A stretch of DNA of 64,000 bases from TPA_inf: Saccharomyces (GCA_000146045.2 BK006939.2:256001-320000), one strand, 5' to 3'; shown: positions 12,114-23,626, counted from the stretch's first letter. The notes: generated from the letters alone by a model not told the origin. Translations and numbers: made by a program.

Positions 12114-13422
12114 TCTTATAAATCGTTATAATAGAGGATAGGATGTTTTATATGCGAAATTTATATGGATATTGTTGTGAATACTATTACAGTTAAGCTT
12201 ACTTATCTACATTTCAAAGAAAAATGCCTCCAACGCGTTTTAGACTCACCACTATTTTACTGTCTAAATATTTTTAATGGATATTTATATTAAAACCATT
12301 ATCTTGGTTGGTTCCCTAACATCTTGATCATCGAGAAAAAAAAAAAAAAAAGGACATGAAAAATTCTGACAATGAAAAAAAAGAAATTAAAGACTCATAA
12401 TTATTTATTGATAAGGCGAAGACGTAGCAACTATATGTACGTAGAAGTCAATGGCAATCGCGATAAAGCTGTGCATTAATGACCGAACGCGGGCGGCAGA
12501 CATTTCTGAAAAAGAGTCAATTTGTACGAATACGCCCCCCACTCGGGAAAGGCGATAAAATCGACTGATATTTAGTTCCTTGAGGCCGTTCCATTGGTGA
12601 CAAAAGAAAACATGCCGCTCGATTTTCTAACACTAAGCAAATCCGCAGAGGAGTATTGCAGTCACTTTGACCGAATAAGACCAGTATCCATCGATTTTCT
12701 GTCTTGGATGACCTCTTTGCTGTTCTCCACAGGTAAATCACTTAAAAAAGATATGAGATACGTTAGATTAATTAATTTCAGAAATTAATATGATTACGGA
12801 AACTTGGTTGAAAGTGGCTGAATTTACGACGTAATCTGTCTTGACATCTTTTTTTTTTTCAGCGAGCATTCTCTAGGATTTTTTGTTTACTTTCCACTTG
12901 GATTTTATCTGTAGGCTTTATCAAGTTCCTGTATGTATGGTTGTGCAAGGCACTCTTCTTCATAAAGGAAAAGATGTGTTGAGATTTGTAAGGCTTTTCA
13001 TCAGTGTTAGATCTGAGGTGGTGTTCACATTAAATTAATCGACGCAGGATTTGGCGAAAGCTTCTGGCATAATGTTTGGTGTTTGTGGTGTGTGATTTCT
13101 TTTTTTGATTTTTTCTTTTGCAGTTGTATTCCCATACATTAAATTGTTCGTGGCACATGAAAAAAAAAAAATAAAATATGAACAGGTCTTTTTTATAGCA
13201 GAGTTACGTCGTCTACAGTTGGACAGGCGATTGACTACTAAATTCCCATGGCTATGGATGACGATGATTAATGAAGAAATAGTAGCTCGACAACATTACA
13301 AAAAGCATTATTCATAGAGCGCTAGAGCCATGAAAGTTTTCTTGTGATATGAATTATTTTTATTCGTGCTTTATATAAAACAGTTAATTAGGTACATAAG
13401 AAAAGTAACATTTTCTTAAAGT

Positions 13423-14185
13423 TTATTTCTTAGCCTTCTTTTCAGATTTCTTGGCAGCTTCGGTTTGTTCCTTGACAACCTTCTTGACAATTTTTTGTTC
13501 TTCGATCAAGAAAGCTCTAATAATTCTTTCCTTAACACAGTTGGCACATCTGGAACCACCGTAAGCTCTGGAAACAGTCTTGTGGGTCTTGGAAACAGTG
13601 GCGTATTGTCTTGGTCTCAAAGTAGAGATACCTTGCAAAGCGCTACCACAGTCACCACACTTTGGTCTGGTAGCTAACTTCTTGACATGTTGGGCACGCA
13701 AAATACCACCTGGGGTCTTAACAACCTTGATTTTGTTAGAACGGGTGTTGTCTATTTGAAAATGTTTTCAGAAAGTTGGTATACTTTCTCATTTGAAAAA
13801 TATGTTAGTACGAAATGTTTCAATAGGAAGGAGTTCGAGAAAACTTTAAAAGAAATTTTCGTAACACAGATTGAGATTATTAGCTCTAGTCAGTATCAGG
13901 GTTAAAAGTGGCTGCTCTTATTAACTATCGTTTTTCTTCTCATTGCTACTAATATTGTATTATTTCTGGACACAATATTTCGCGCAGAATAAGTTATTGA
14001 TAGTGGATTACAAAAACGGGGTAAATTGCTTTTGATAACTATACTAGGACCCCTGACATGGTATCCTCTCCTCTCTTGCTCTTTTTTAGTTGAATAATCA
14101 TCATCTCGTCAGAATTTCTCGTAATTTATAAGTGTGCCTTTAACATACATGGATTTCTTCTTCTGAAAGTAACACGTTGGGCCAT
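13423..14185 (-). CDS. RPL34A: Ribosomal protein L34 (eL34), 121 aa, interrupted by one intron: exon 1 14149..14185, intron 13752..14148, exon 2 13423..13751
   Basis: Exon 1 encodes [13 protein letters not shown] (reverse complement of 'atggatttcttcttctgaaagtaacacgttgggccat'). Donor GTATGT is read as 'acatac' at 14143-14148. Acceptor AG sits before 'ACAACACCCGT'. Exon 2 continues [24 protein letters not shown]... to the stop. 37+329 nt gives 121 aa. Confidence 0.88.
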
Positions 14186-14486
14186 CTTTGGTTGTTCTGT
14201 TATGCAGTCTACACGTTAATACCGTTTAACACTAAGCGTAATTAATCTATAATATTTCAATTCCTTCTAGATAATATCCTCTGCGCCTAGGCTCACGAAA
14301 TTACACGGAGGAAGCGTCGACCAGGCGACTCGTTGGTAGGGGACCAAGCGCGAGTAACTACCAGAATCGCCTTGGCTCAGTAGAAAATGACGGCCTAAAG
14401 GGAACCTAGCGGGGGAGCGTAGTCGTAAGCGGGAACAGCGAAAGTCAAGCTTCTTTTTTTTTTCACAATATATGGAAAAAAATTTA

Positions 14487-14500
14487 TCACCCATACATAC
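14487..14500. promoter_or_regulatory. Rap1-like site (TCACCCATACATAC) about 300 bp upstream of RPL34A, followed by a T-rich tract
   Basis: Matches the Rap1 consensus ACACCCRYACAYM at 13 of 14 positions. Typical architecture for a ribosomal-protein promoter. Confidence 0.5.
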
Positions 14501-14736
14501 CACTAAATGTGTTATATATTTGAGAACACCTTTACATCCTAATGTTTAATGGAAAAAACAGTCCTCGAAGAGCATCGTATTTGTAGAAGGAACCAAGTAA
14601 ATTAGTATACAATGTACAATGTACATTCTTCAGATGGGAAGGTGATGAAAGTCATACTTCTATGGGCTTTATATTATAAAGCTAAAAAATACGTAGTAAA
14701 ATCCTAAGTTCTAAAAGACGCTATTAAGACTTGCCC

Positions 14737-15126
14737 TTAATCTCTTTCGGCAGCAATGGCTTCCATTTCCATGTCAACGCCTAATGGCAATGCTGCAACA
14801 GCAACGCATGATCTGGCAGGTTTGTGAGTATTGAAGTACTTGGCGTAAACGGAGTTAAACTCAGCAAAGTGATTGATATCTGCCAAGAAAATGTTAACTT
14901 TTACGACCCTGTCCAATGAGGAATTGCTTGCTTCTAGAACATTCTTAATGTTTTGAATCACCTGTTCAGCCTTATCAGCAATGGAACCTTCAACTAACTT
15001 GTTGTCTGGGGTCACTGGAATTTGGCCAGAAAGGAAAATCAAATTGTTCACTTTCATGGCATGGGAGTATGAAGCCGCAGCAGCTGGAGCGGATTCACAA
15101 ATAACGGGAGTTAGCGTGGTGACCAT
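14737..15126 (-). CDS. HMF1: YjgF/RidA-family protein, 129 aa (the ORF-track N-terminal extension is not used)
   Basis: Protein starts MVTTLTPVICESAPAAAASYSHAMKVNN...; RidA/YjgF signature. Matches Hmf1 (YER057C, 129 aa). The track ORF begins 23 codons upstream. Confidence 0.85.
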   Translation of the reverse strand: MVTTLTPVICESAPAAAASYSHAMKVNNLIFLSGQIPVTPDNKLVEGSIADKAEQVIQNIKNVLEASNSSLDRVVKVNIFLADINHFAEFNSVYAKYFNTHKPARSCVAVAALPLGVDMEMEAIAAERD

Positions 15127-15767
15127 AATTCTAATGTAATGATGATGTTCGAAGGGTAAATTTTCTTTCGCTTTTTCGTGGAAACCAAATATCAAAGTTG
15201 TTCCTTATCATGTATCCGTTTGATAATGAAGTAAATTAGTATTTCTTTTGTAGGTCAGCAGCTCGCGCTATGGAGAAAGGAGTTATAATGAAACCACGTG
15301 AGCACGATGAAATAGCAATATGTTACTATTGATTACCGGATTAGAATGGTTAAAATGGTGAAATAAGAAGAATGATTATTGTGTGCTCAGTATCGGTTGA
15401 AACCACTAGTTTTGGCGCTTGACTCCACTCGTGAGTCATGTTTGGACTATATATGTGCCTTGAATATATATAAATATATATATTGCTATATGATCCCGCT
15501 GTTTCCAAGAGTAGTAATTACTAGACGGCTGTTGGCATATGTCAATGAGAGATTAGTGTACTCTTCGTACCATCAATCCGCCCATAATCTTCTAAGTGAT
15601 CTTCCGATCGTATCCATCGAACTTTACTAAAGGCTCTTTTCGGGGTTACCCCTAAATTTTCAGTATTTGATTTGTATTAATGTTTAGCATTCAGGTAGTC
15701 GTAGTAAACGGACACATTTGACATTCAACGACGGTACACACGGTAGGAGACGTCAATTTCGGCTGAG

Positions 15768-16091
15768 ATGAGTAGGGCTAGCAAGATAACGTTTGCAGCT
15801 TCCTGTCTGATAACGGCAGCGACGGTAGTGGGCGTGCATTATGTGCAAGAAATGGAAAGGGAAACTTTGCATCAGGGTCCGATAAAAGATGCTAAACGAG
15901 TCGAAGAAAAGAGGTTGAGAAAGACAAACGGAGTTGCATCATTAGATCCCACAAAAGAAAGGAAAAGGTACTTCAATATGAGTGAACACGAGGAACAAAA
16001 AGAGTTGCGAAAGAAGTATGAGACCATGCAACCGCTTAGTGGAGAAGTTGTGACCAAAGATGGAGAGGTGGTTAAAGAATCTAAGAAATAA
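15768..16091 (+). CDS. PET117: Cytochrome c oxidase assembly factor, 107 aa
   Basis: 107-aa ORF with an N-terminal transmembrane helix. Matches Pet117 (YER058W). It shares a divergent promoter with HMF1. Confidence 0.85.
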   Translation: MSRASKITFAASCLITAATVVGVHYVQEMERETLHQGPIKDAKRVEEKRLRKTNGVASLDPTKERKRYFNMSEHEEQKELRKKYETMQPLSGEVVTKDGEVVKESKK

Positions 16092-16623
16092 ACACCTGTC
16101 GGCAGTAGTTTACCTCTCTATTATAGACTACTCTTGTTTGTATATATGTAAGAATCGTGTAATTATTTTCAAGAAGCCTTCAAATTGAAGGAATAATCTA
16201 AAACTCGAATAATATCAATGTTAATCAATAACTATAATCAAGACCTTAATGTGCCTGCTTGCCCCTTTGGGGATTTTACCTCTATTTTGAAATTCCATTC
16301 AATCAATCTCTCGACGATCTCTAAGGTAAGATCTCGCCTTGATGTGGCTCTTTTTCTTCCGCCCTTGCGGAAAAAATCTGAATGAACGTAATTTACCTAA
16401 GAGATAACAAGGCTAACCTTGATAGAACCTTAAAAAACAGTATTGGTAATTGCAATAGCACCAACCGTAAGTGAGCTAAACTAGTGAAAGATTTTCTAAA
16501 TCATAACGCGCGGAATTCCAGTTAATATATTACGTAGTCATCCCTCATCATAGAACTGTTTTTTTTTTTTGCAAAGTATTGAACCAGTTATTAGTTAAGT
16601 TAATTGTAGCAAATAGCGCCGGT

Positions 16624-17886
16624 ATGTCTATCAAAGGTGATTCCCCCTCATCAACAAATGCCAGTAGTAGTCCGAAGTCTACATATTCAATACAATCGGA
16701 TGATAAAGCAAACCTTGGCAGTGGTAACGTCGATATACGTACAGATAATTCACAACAGGACAGTAATAATAGACGCGATATTGTGGTAGTGACGAGGGTA
16801 GCTTCTGAAGAGACTTTAGAATCACAATCATCTACTTCATCAATGGGAATTAGACCAGAATCATCTTTTAACTATGAGGATGCTTCTAACCAAGCTAGGG
16901 TCGAAATGAATAACAGGGTACATGGCTCAAATATGAACACAATTAACAAATATTATCCAGTACGATTCCCAAAGAATAACGAAAGGCAATTGAGCGACAC
17001 AAATAATTTAAATGAGAAAGTGCAAGGCACACATACAGTTCAATCATCCACCCAGGAAGACAAAATACTCGACGGTGACACAAGCAACTCACAAGTAACC
17101 CCGTCTTTGAACATTGCAGAGTTTCCCACAGACAAGCTTCTTAAAATGCTGACAGCGTTACTAACTAAAATTATTAAGTCAAATGATAGGACGGCAGCGA
17201 CAAATCCTAGTTTGACACAAGAGATTGAGAATGGTAGGTGTCTTGCTTTAAGTGACAATGAAAAGAAATACTTAAGCCCCGTTCTGGGGTTTAGAGGGAA
17301 GCACGTACCACAAATTGGTCTTGACCAATATTTCCAGAGGATCCAGAAATATTGCCCCACAACGAATGATGTATTTTTATCGCTCCTCGTGTACTTTGAT
17401 AGAATATCCAAGAGATGCAATAGTGTCACTACGACCCCTAAAACTAATACTGCAAAACATGAATCTCCCTCAAATGAAAGCTCTCTAGATAAAGCTAACA
17501 GGGGCGCTGACAAAATGTCCGCATGTAACAGTAACGAAAATAATGAAAATGACGATTCAGATGATGAAAATACAGGAGTTCAAAGGGATTCAAGGGCTCA
17601 TCCTCAAATGTTCGTAATGGATTCACATAATATTCACAGATTAATCATAGCAGGTATTACTGTCAGTACGAAGTTTCTGAGCGATTTCTTCTATAGCAAT
17701 TCAAGATACTCAAGGGTAGGTGGGATATCTTTACAAGAACTCAACCATTTGGAACTGCAGTTTCTAGTTTTGTGTGATTTTGAACTTTTGATATCAGTCA
17801 ATGAATTGCAGAGATACGCGGACTTACTATACAGGTTTTGGAACAACGCAAAAGCTCAATCGCAAGCACTAGTTACGGGCATGTAG
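16624..17886 (+). CDS. PCL6: Pho85 cyclin, 420 aa
   Basis: C-terminal cyclin fold. Starting at the second Met (MSIKGDSPSS...) gives 420 aa, matching Pcl6 (YER059W). The track ORF is 15 codons longer. Confidence 0.82.
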   Translation: MSIKGDSPSSTNASSSPKSTYSIQSDDKANLGSGNVDIRTDNSQQDSNNRRDIVVVTRVASEETLESQSSTSSMGIRPESSFNYEDASNQARVEMNNRVHGSNMNTINKYYPVRFPKNNERQLSDTNNLNEKVQGTHTVQSSTQEDKILDGDTSNSQVTPSLNIAEFPTDKLLKMLTALLTKIIKSNDRTAATNPSLTQEIENGRCLALSDNEKKYLSPVLGFRGKHVPQIGLDQYFQRIQKYCPTTNDVFLSLLVYFDRISKRCNSVTTTPKTNTAKHESPSNESSLDKANRGADKMSACNSNENNENDDSDDENTGVQRDSRAHPQMFVMDSHNIHRLIIAGITVSTKFLSDFFYSNSRYSRVGGISLQELNHLELQFLVLCDFELLISVNELQRYADLLYRFWNNAKAQSQALVTGM

Positions 17887-18566
17887 AAATGCGTAATATG
17901 CAAGTAGATATATTTACATACACAGTTTCTCTCAAAGGTAGTAATTATCTTATGTGTTAACGTACGGTTGCTAAGAAATAAGCATGGTAACTTTCTTAGG
18001 TAATTCTTTGGTATTAAGATATATTCTGAATTACGGTTTGGACTACTTTATTGTTCAGAGATAAGAAACATGTTGAGCAGCACTTTATGGTGTTGCTATA
18101 TTCCCGTTCAAATACAACAGCAACAAAAAATGCTTATCCCTCATCAAATTGAACAGAAAAAAAAAAACCATATTATTTTATTCAAGCTTATCGCATGATA
18201 GACTGTATATGGAGCAGTCAAAATTGACTGCTAACTGAGTTTTCATTTTGGAAATCTTATCATTTTGCGTTCACCGATTCTAACTTATTTTCATCACGAA
18301 TACGAGAAGGGCAAAGGTGCCGGCGTCATTATGTGACGGAAAGAAAAATTCGATAAGGCCTTTTTTTTTTCACTCATCGTATTGCCAAGCAATTTTAGTC
18401 AGAAGTAACACGTATATATATAAGGGCGTAGACGTCCCTCTTAACAGATACTCTGTAGTCCGTGCTAACGTAAACACAGCATTAAAAGTGCTTGTTACTT
18501 CACTATTATTAGCATTGAGGCGCGTGTGCTCGGAAAACCTACCATATTATAAAAGGGCTAACAAAT

Positions 18567-20153
18567 ATGCCTCAAACGCACGAAATGTCCCTGAACGGCA
18601 CTCAATACTTAAAATATGAACTTAAAGACCTTGAGTCTCGAGCTCACGATGCAAAGACTCCTTCAACAAATGAATTCTATGATGATGTAGAATCGCACGG
18701 AACAGAAGAATTAGTTGAAGCTAAACTGTCGTTTTTGAACAGAATTGCTGCTGGTTTAAGTGCCGAGACAAAGGGTATTGAACCGATTACAGAAGATGAA
18801 AAAACTGATGATTCTATACTGAACGCTGCATCTATGTGGTTTTCAGCAAATATGGTTCTGCCTGCTTATGCCATTGGCGCCCTAGGGCCTATGGTGTTTG
18901 ATCTAAATTTCGGCCAAAGCGTTTTCGTTATTATTTTCTTTAACCTCTTAGGCTTGGTATCAGTTGCTTTCTTTTCTGTTTTCGGTGCAGAGCTGGGCCT
19001 AAGACAGATGATTTTGTCTAGATATTTAGTTGGCAATATCGCAGCCAGGATCTTCTCTTTCATCAATTTTATTGCCTGTATCGGTTGGGGTATCGTTAAT
19101 ACCGTAGCAAGCTCGCAAGTCCTGAATATGGTTAACCCCGGTCATCAATGTCCTCTCTGGGCTGGTTGTATAGTTATTATCGGTGCTACTGTAATTGTAA
19201 CTTTTTTCGGCTATGGAGTCATTCATGCTTACGAGAAATGGGCGTGGGTACCAAATTTTGCCGTTTTTTTGGTAATAATTGCTCGTTTGGCAAGGTCTAA
19301 AAAATTTGTCCTTGGGGAGTGGACATCTGGTCCTACTACAGCAGGTAACGTGCTTTCATTTGGATCAACAGTTTATGGGTTTGCTGCAGGCTGGACAACA
19401 TATGCGGCTGACTATACCGTTTATATGCCAAGGAAAACGAACAAGTATAAAATTTTTTTCTCGCTTGTAGTTGGGTTAGCAACACCATTATATTTTACTA
19501 TGATACTTGGTGCAGCTGTAGCAATGGCAGCTATCGGCGATCCAGCCTGGAAGACGTATTATGACGAAAATTCCATAGGTGGTTTAACTTTTGCCGTTCT
19601 TGTCCCTAATTCTGTTCACGGATTCGGTCAGTTCTGTTGCGTGTTATTGTCTCTGTCCACTATCGCTAATAATGTTCCCAACATGTATACTATTGCTTTA
19701 TCGGTGCAAGCCACGTGGGAACCTCTTGCGAAAGTCCCAAGAGTTATTTGGACTTTATTAGGCAATGCGGCCGCACTGGGTATTGCCATTCCTGCCTGCT
19801 ACTATTTTTCTACCTTCATGAATTACTTCATGGATTCCATAGGTTATTATTTGGCTATTTATATTGCCATTGCATGTTCAGAGCATTTTATTTATAGGCG
19901 TTCCTTCAGTGCTTACAATGTTGATGATTGGGATAGTTGGGAACGTCTACCTATCGGCATTGCAGGTACTGCTGCCTTAATTGTTGGTGCCTTTGGCGTA
20001 GCGTTGGGTATGTGCCAAACTTATTGGGTTGGCGAGATCAGCCGTTTGATCGGAGACTACGGTGGTGATATTGGATTCGAGTTAGGACTAAGTTGGGCAT
20101 TTATAGTTTACAACATTGCTAGACCCTTTGAGCTCAAGTACTTTGGTCGTTAA
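18567..20153 (+). CDS. FCY21: Purine-cytosine permease paralog, 528 aa
   Basis: NCS1-family protein highly similar to Fcy2; matches YER060W. Confidence 0.9.
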   Translation: MPQTHEMSLNGTQYLKYELKDLESRAHDAKTPSTNEFYDDVESHGTEELVEAKLSFLNRIAAGLSAETKGIEPITEDEKTDDSILNAASMWFSANMVLPAYAIGALGPMVFDLNFGQSVFVIIFFNLLGLVSVAFFSVFGAELGLRQMILSRYLVGNIAARIFSFINFIACIGWGIVNTVASSQVLNMVNPGHQCPLWAGCIVIIGATVIVTFFGYGVIHAYEKWAWVPNFAVFLVIIARLARSKKFVLGEWTSGPTTAGNVLSFGSTVYGFAAGWTTYAADYTVYMPRKTNKYKIFFSLVVGLATPLYFTMILGAAVAMAAIGDPAWKTYYDENSIGGLTFAVLVPNSVHGFGQFCCVLLSLSTIANNVPNMYTIALSVQATWEPLAKVPRVIWTLLGNAAALGIAIPACYYFSTFMNYFMDSIGYYLAIYIAIACSEHFIYRRSFSAYNVDDWDSWERLPIGIAGTAALIVGAFGVALGMCQTYWVGEISRLIGDYGGDIGFELGLSWAFIVYNIARPFELKYFGR

Positions 20154-20571
20154 CGAAAGTTCATTTAAATGTTTCGCTATTTTAGTCTTTGTAATGTAAC
20201 ATAAATGGCTCTAGTATGCAAATCATTAAAAAATAGCATGTATGTTAATTAAATTATCACGGCTCATTCATTTGAGTTGATAACGCAATTCTGATAAGCA
20301 TATCACGTGACTGTGGTTCTAAGAGTTACTCCGATCGCCAGTAAATACTTTATGAGACGTTGCATTATTTCTGTTTAGTTGATAAATTTTGATTTCTAGT
20401 CTGTTGAAAGCCTAATGCATGCAGATGACATAAATGTAGTCTGTTTTTGCACTGGTGATTTGTAAACCAGACAAATATATAACATGATAACCAAATTGTT
20501 TGTTATAAGATACGCTTGTCAGATTGAAATGGAGGGTGTTTCAGAAGGTGACTAAAATATCGAAGAAAAGT

Positions 20572-22164
20572 ATGCCAGAAAAGTTAGCCATGTCAATGGT
20601 CGATATAAAAGATGCGGGGAGTGAACTAAGGGACCTCGAATCTGGAGCTCTGGACACAAAATCTTCCGCCGCTGATGTATACTATGAGGGTGTAGAATTG
20701 CATAGAACCAACGAATTCATTGATAATAAGCCGTCCTTTTTCAATAGGATTGCAGCTGCTTTAAATGCTGAGACGAAAGGTATTGAACCAGTTACAGAAG
20801 ATGAAAAAAATGATGACTCGATACTCAATGCCGCCACTATATGGTTTTCAGCTAATATGGTGATTGTAGCCTATTCCGTAGGTGCCTTGGGTCCTCTAGT
20901 ATTTGGCCTAAATTTCGGCCAAAGTGTTTTAGTTATCATTTTTTTCAATATTTTGGGTTTGATCCCTGTTGCATTATTCTCACTTTTTGGGGTAGAACTG
21001 GGCCTAAGACAGATGATTCTATCGAGATATTTGGCTGGTAACATCACAGCAAGATTTTTCTCTCTTGTTAATGTCATTGCTTGTGTCGGTTGGTGTGTTT
21101 TAAATATTTCTGTTTCTGCTCAACTTTTGAATATGGTGAATGAAGGCTCTGGGCACAACTGTCCTATTTGGGCAGGTTGTTTGATTATTGCTGGTGGTAC
21201 CGTGCTTGTGACTTTTTTTGGTTACAGTGTCGTTCATGCATACGAAAAATGGTCGTGGGTACCCAATTTTGCTGCCTTTTTGGTCATTATTGCCCAACTA
21301 TCGAGATCAGGAAAATTTAAAGGTGGTGAATGGGTAGGGGGTGCAACTACTGCAGGTGGTGTTCTTTCTTTTGGTTCATCTGTTTTTGGGTCAGCTGCGG
21401 GTTGGGCGACTTATGCAGCAGATTACACTGTTTATATGCCAAAGACCACAAGTAAATACAAAATTTTTTTTTCCGTAGTAGCCGGTCTAGCGTTCCCTCT
21501 ATTTTTCACCATGATTCTTGGTGCTGCTTGCGGTATGGCGGCCCTTAATGACCCAACCTGGAAGTCATATTATGATAAAAACGCCATGGGTGGTGTCATA
21601 TATGCTATCCTGGTCCCTAACTCTCTAAACGGATTCGGTCAATTCTGCTGTGTTTTGTTGGCTCTTTCAACTGTTGCTAATAATGTCCCTGGAATGTACA
21701 CTGTCGCTTTATCCGCTCAAGCTTTGTGGGCACCTTTGGCTAAAATACCAAGAGTAGTCTGGACAATGGCAGGTAATGCTGCCACTTTAGGTATTTCCAT
21801 CCCTGCTACCTATTACTTTGACGGCTTTATGGAGAATTTTATGGATTCCATTGGTTATTATTTGGCTATTTATATTGCCATTGCATGTTCAGAGCATTTT
21901 ATTTATAGGCGTTCCTTCAGTGCTTACAATATTGATGATTGGGATAATTGGGAGCATCTACCTATCGGTATCGCAGGTACTGCTGCCTTAATTGCTGGTG
22001 CCTTTGGAGTAGCGTTGGGTATGTGCCAAACTTATTGGGTTGGTGAGATCAGTCGTTTGATCGGAGAGTACGGCGGTGACATTGGGTTCGAGTTAGGCGG
22101 AAGTTGGGCGTTCATCATCTATAACATTGTAAGACCTTTAGAACTCAAATATTTCGGTCGATGA
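20572..22164 (+). CDS. FCY22: Purine-cytosine permease paralog, 530 aa from Met17 of the track ORF
   Basis: NCS1-family protein; matches YER060W-A (530 aa). The middle is nearly nucleotide-identical to FCY2 and the 3' end nearly identical to FCY21 (see findings). Confidence 0.88.
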   Translation: MPEKLAMSMVDIKDAGSELRDLESGALDTKSSAADVYYEGVELHRTNEFIDNKPSFFNRIAAALNAETKGIEPVTEDEKNDDSILNAATIWFSANMVIVAYSVGALGPLVFGLNFGQSVLVIIFFNILGLIPVALFSLFGVELGLRQMILSRYLAGNITARFFSLVNVIACVGWCVLNISVSAQLLNMVNEGSGHNCPIWAGCLIIAGGTVLVTFFGYSVVHAYEKWSWVPNFAAFLVIIAQLSRSGKFKGGEWVGGATTAGGVLSFGSSVFGSAAGWATYAADYTVYMPKTTSKYKIFFSVVAGLAFPLFFTMILGAACGMAALNDPTWKSYYDKNAMGGVIYAILVPNSLNGFGQFCCVLLALSTVANNVPGMYTVALSAQALWAPLAKIPRVVWTMAGNAATLGISIPATYYFDGFMENFMDSIGYYLAIYIAIACSEHFIYRRSFSAYNIDDWDNWEHLPIGIAGTAALIAGAFGVALGMCQTYWVGEISRLIGEYGGDIGFELGGSWAFIIYNIVRPLELKYFGR

Positions 22165-22297
22165 CTAAATGTTAATTGATTAATATTTTTGCTAATCATT
22201 GAAATGATTGGTTTTAATGGATAAATCTCGACATTCGAATAGATAGCATATAATTCAAAAACGATTATAATGGGATATATATATAAGTTTAATAATA

Positions 22298-23626
22298 TTA
22301 ACTCCCTTCCCATTTCTTGAAGAGAAGAGATGTGTTAACTCCTCCAAATCCGAAGCTGTTGCATAATGCGTACTTCGGATTAGCTCCCACAATAGGTTTG
22401 TCTCTTATGAAATGTAGCTTATCGGCCTCGTTATTTTCTAGAGTCAGAACATTGTCCAGGTTTAAGGTATGCGGCATCTTATCATCCTTCAAGGAACAAA
22501 TTGTAAATATACTTTCTACGGCGCCAGCTGCACCTAAAAGATGGCCAATTGCACCTTTGTTACTGGATATGTACAGTGGCTTGCTTTTGGATCTTCCTGG
22601 TAAGAGTGCTGAGGCTACTGCCAGACACTCTGCTTTATCGCCTAGTAAAGTTGATGTAGCATGTGCATTGACGTAGTCAACATCAGTTGGTTCTAATCTA
22701 GCCATTTTTAGAGCCATCTCTATTGCTCTTTTGGCACCATTTCCATCAGCAGGAGGGGAGGTAATATGGCAGGCATCACTGCTTAAACCATAGCCCACGA
22801 GCTCAGAAATTATGTTTGCATTTCTCTTTTGAGCATGTTCTAGCGATTCCATGACAATCATTCCGCATCCTTCACCAAGTACGAATCCAGAACGTTGTGT
22901 ATCAAAGGGTCTAGAGATCCCGTTTGTAGTAATCGACTTTGCTCTGATGAAACCTGCTAAACTTAACGGATGCAAACTCGTTTCACTTGCACCGGCGACA
23001 CAGATGTCTTGCATGCCTAACCGAATAAAATTGAATGCATCGCCAATGGAGTTATTACCTGTTGCGCATGCTGTGGAAACACTATGGGATAATCCTCTAA
23101 GGTTAAACTTGATGGAAACATTACCAGCTGCCATATTTGTAAGGATTTTAGGGACGAAATATGGATTTATTCTTTTATTGTCGTTATGGAATTGTAGAGA
23201 AGTTTGGTATATGTCTTGAATGGATCCTATACCAGAACCTATCAGGCAACCAAAGTGATCCAGATTGCACAGAGATGTATTGATGGTTATATCATTTGGG
23301 TTCAAGAGACCAGCATTGTGAAGCGCTTCATAAGTTGTACGTAGTGCTAGCTTGATAAAGCTTGAGGTTCTTCTCTCATCCTGGCTAGTGAACAGCAGTT
23401 TATTGATGGCTGAATTTTCGTTTTGAAAATTCTCTGGAATCTTCCCCACTGTTATCGTTGATGGGATACTTTTTTCTCTGAGTTTGTAGTCCTCATTATA
23501 GTTGGGCAAAGATGTGATTGGTGTGAGTCCATTTTTGGAAGAGAGCAGATTCCCCCATGACTCACTTAATGATCTTCCCAACGGCGTTACACAGCCCAAT
23601 CCTGTGATAACCACTCTTCTTGACAT
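22298..23626 (-). CDS. CEM1: Mitochondrial beta-ketoacyl-ACP synthase (type II FAS condensing enzyme), 442 aa
   Basis: KAS-II fold with the Cys-His-His active-site motifs; matches Cem1 (YER061C). Confidence 0.9.
   Translation of the reverse strand: MSRRVVITGLGCVTPLGRSLSESWGNLLSSKNGLTPITSLPNYNEDYKLREKSIPSTITVGKIPENFQNENSAINKLLFTSQDERRTSSFIKLALRTTYEALHNAGLLNPNDITINTSLCNLDHFGCLIGSGIGSIQDIYQTSLQFHNDNKRINPYFVPKILTNMAAGNVSIKFNLRGLSHSVSTACATGNNSIGDAFNFIRLGMQDICVAGASETSLHPLSLAGFIRAKSITTNGISRPFDTQRSGFVLGEGCGMIVMESLEHAQKRNANIISELVGYGLSSDACHITSPPADGNGAKRAIEMALKMARLEPTDVDYVNAHATSTLLGDKAECLAVASALLPGRSKSKPLYISSNKGAIGHLLGAAGAVESIFTICSLKDDKMPHTLNLDNVLTLENNEADKLHFIRDKPIVGANPKYALCNSFGFGGVNTSLLFKKWEGS

Noticed and set aside
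14267-14503. 78-aa ORF on the minus strand between RPL34A and HMF1
   Set aside because: It overlaps the RPL34A promoter with its Rap1 site and T-tract. It has no homology and biased composition.
14737-15195. N-terminally extended ORF-track versions of HMF1 (152 aa), PCL6 (435), FCY22 (546), GPP2 (267), THO1 (228), MOT2 (650) and TDA2 (134)
   Set aside because: The longest-ORF calls start at upstream in-frame ATGs. The known protein N-termini (for example MVTTLTPV… for HMF1 and MMNPHVQ… for MOT2) and the expected lengths fit the downstream Met, so the shorter CDSs are reported instead.
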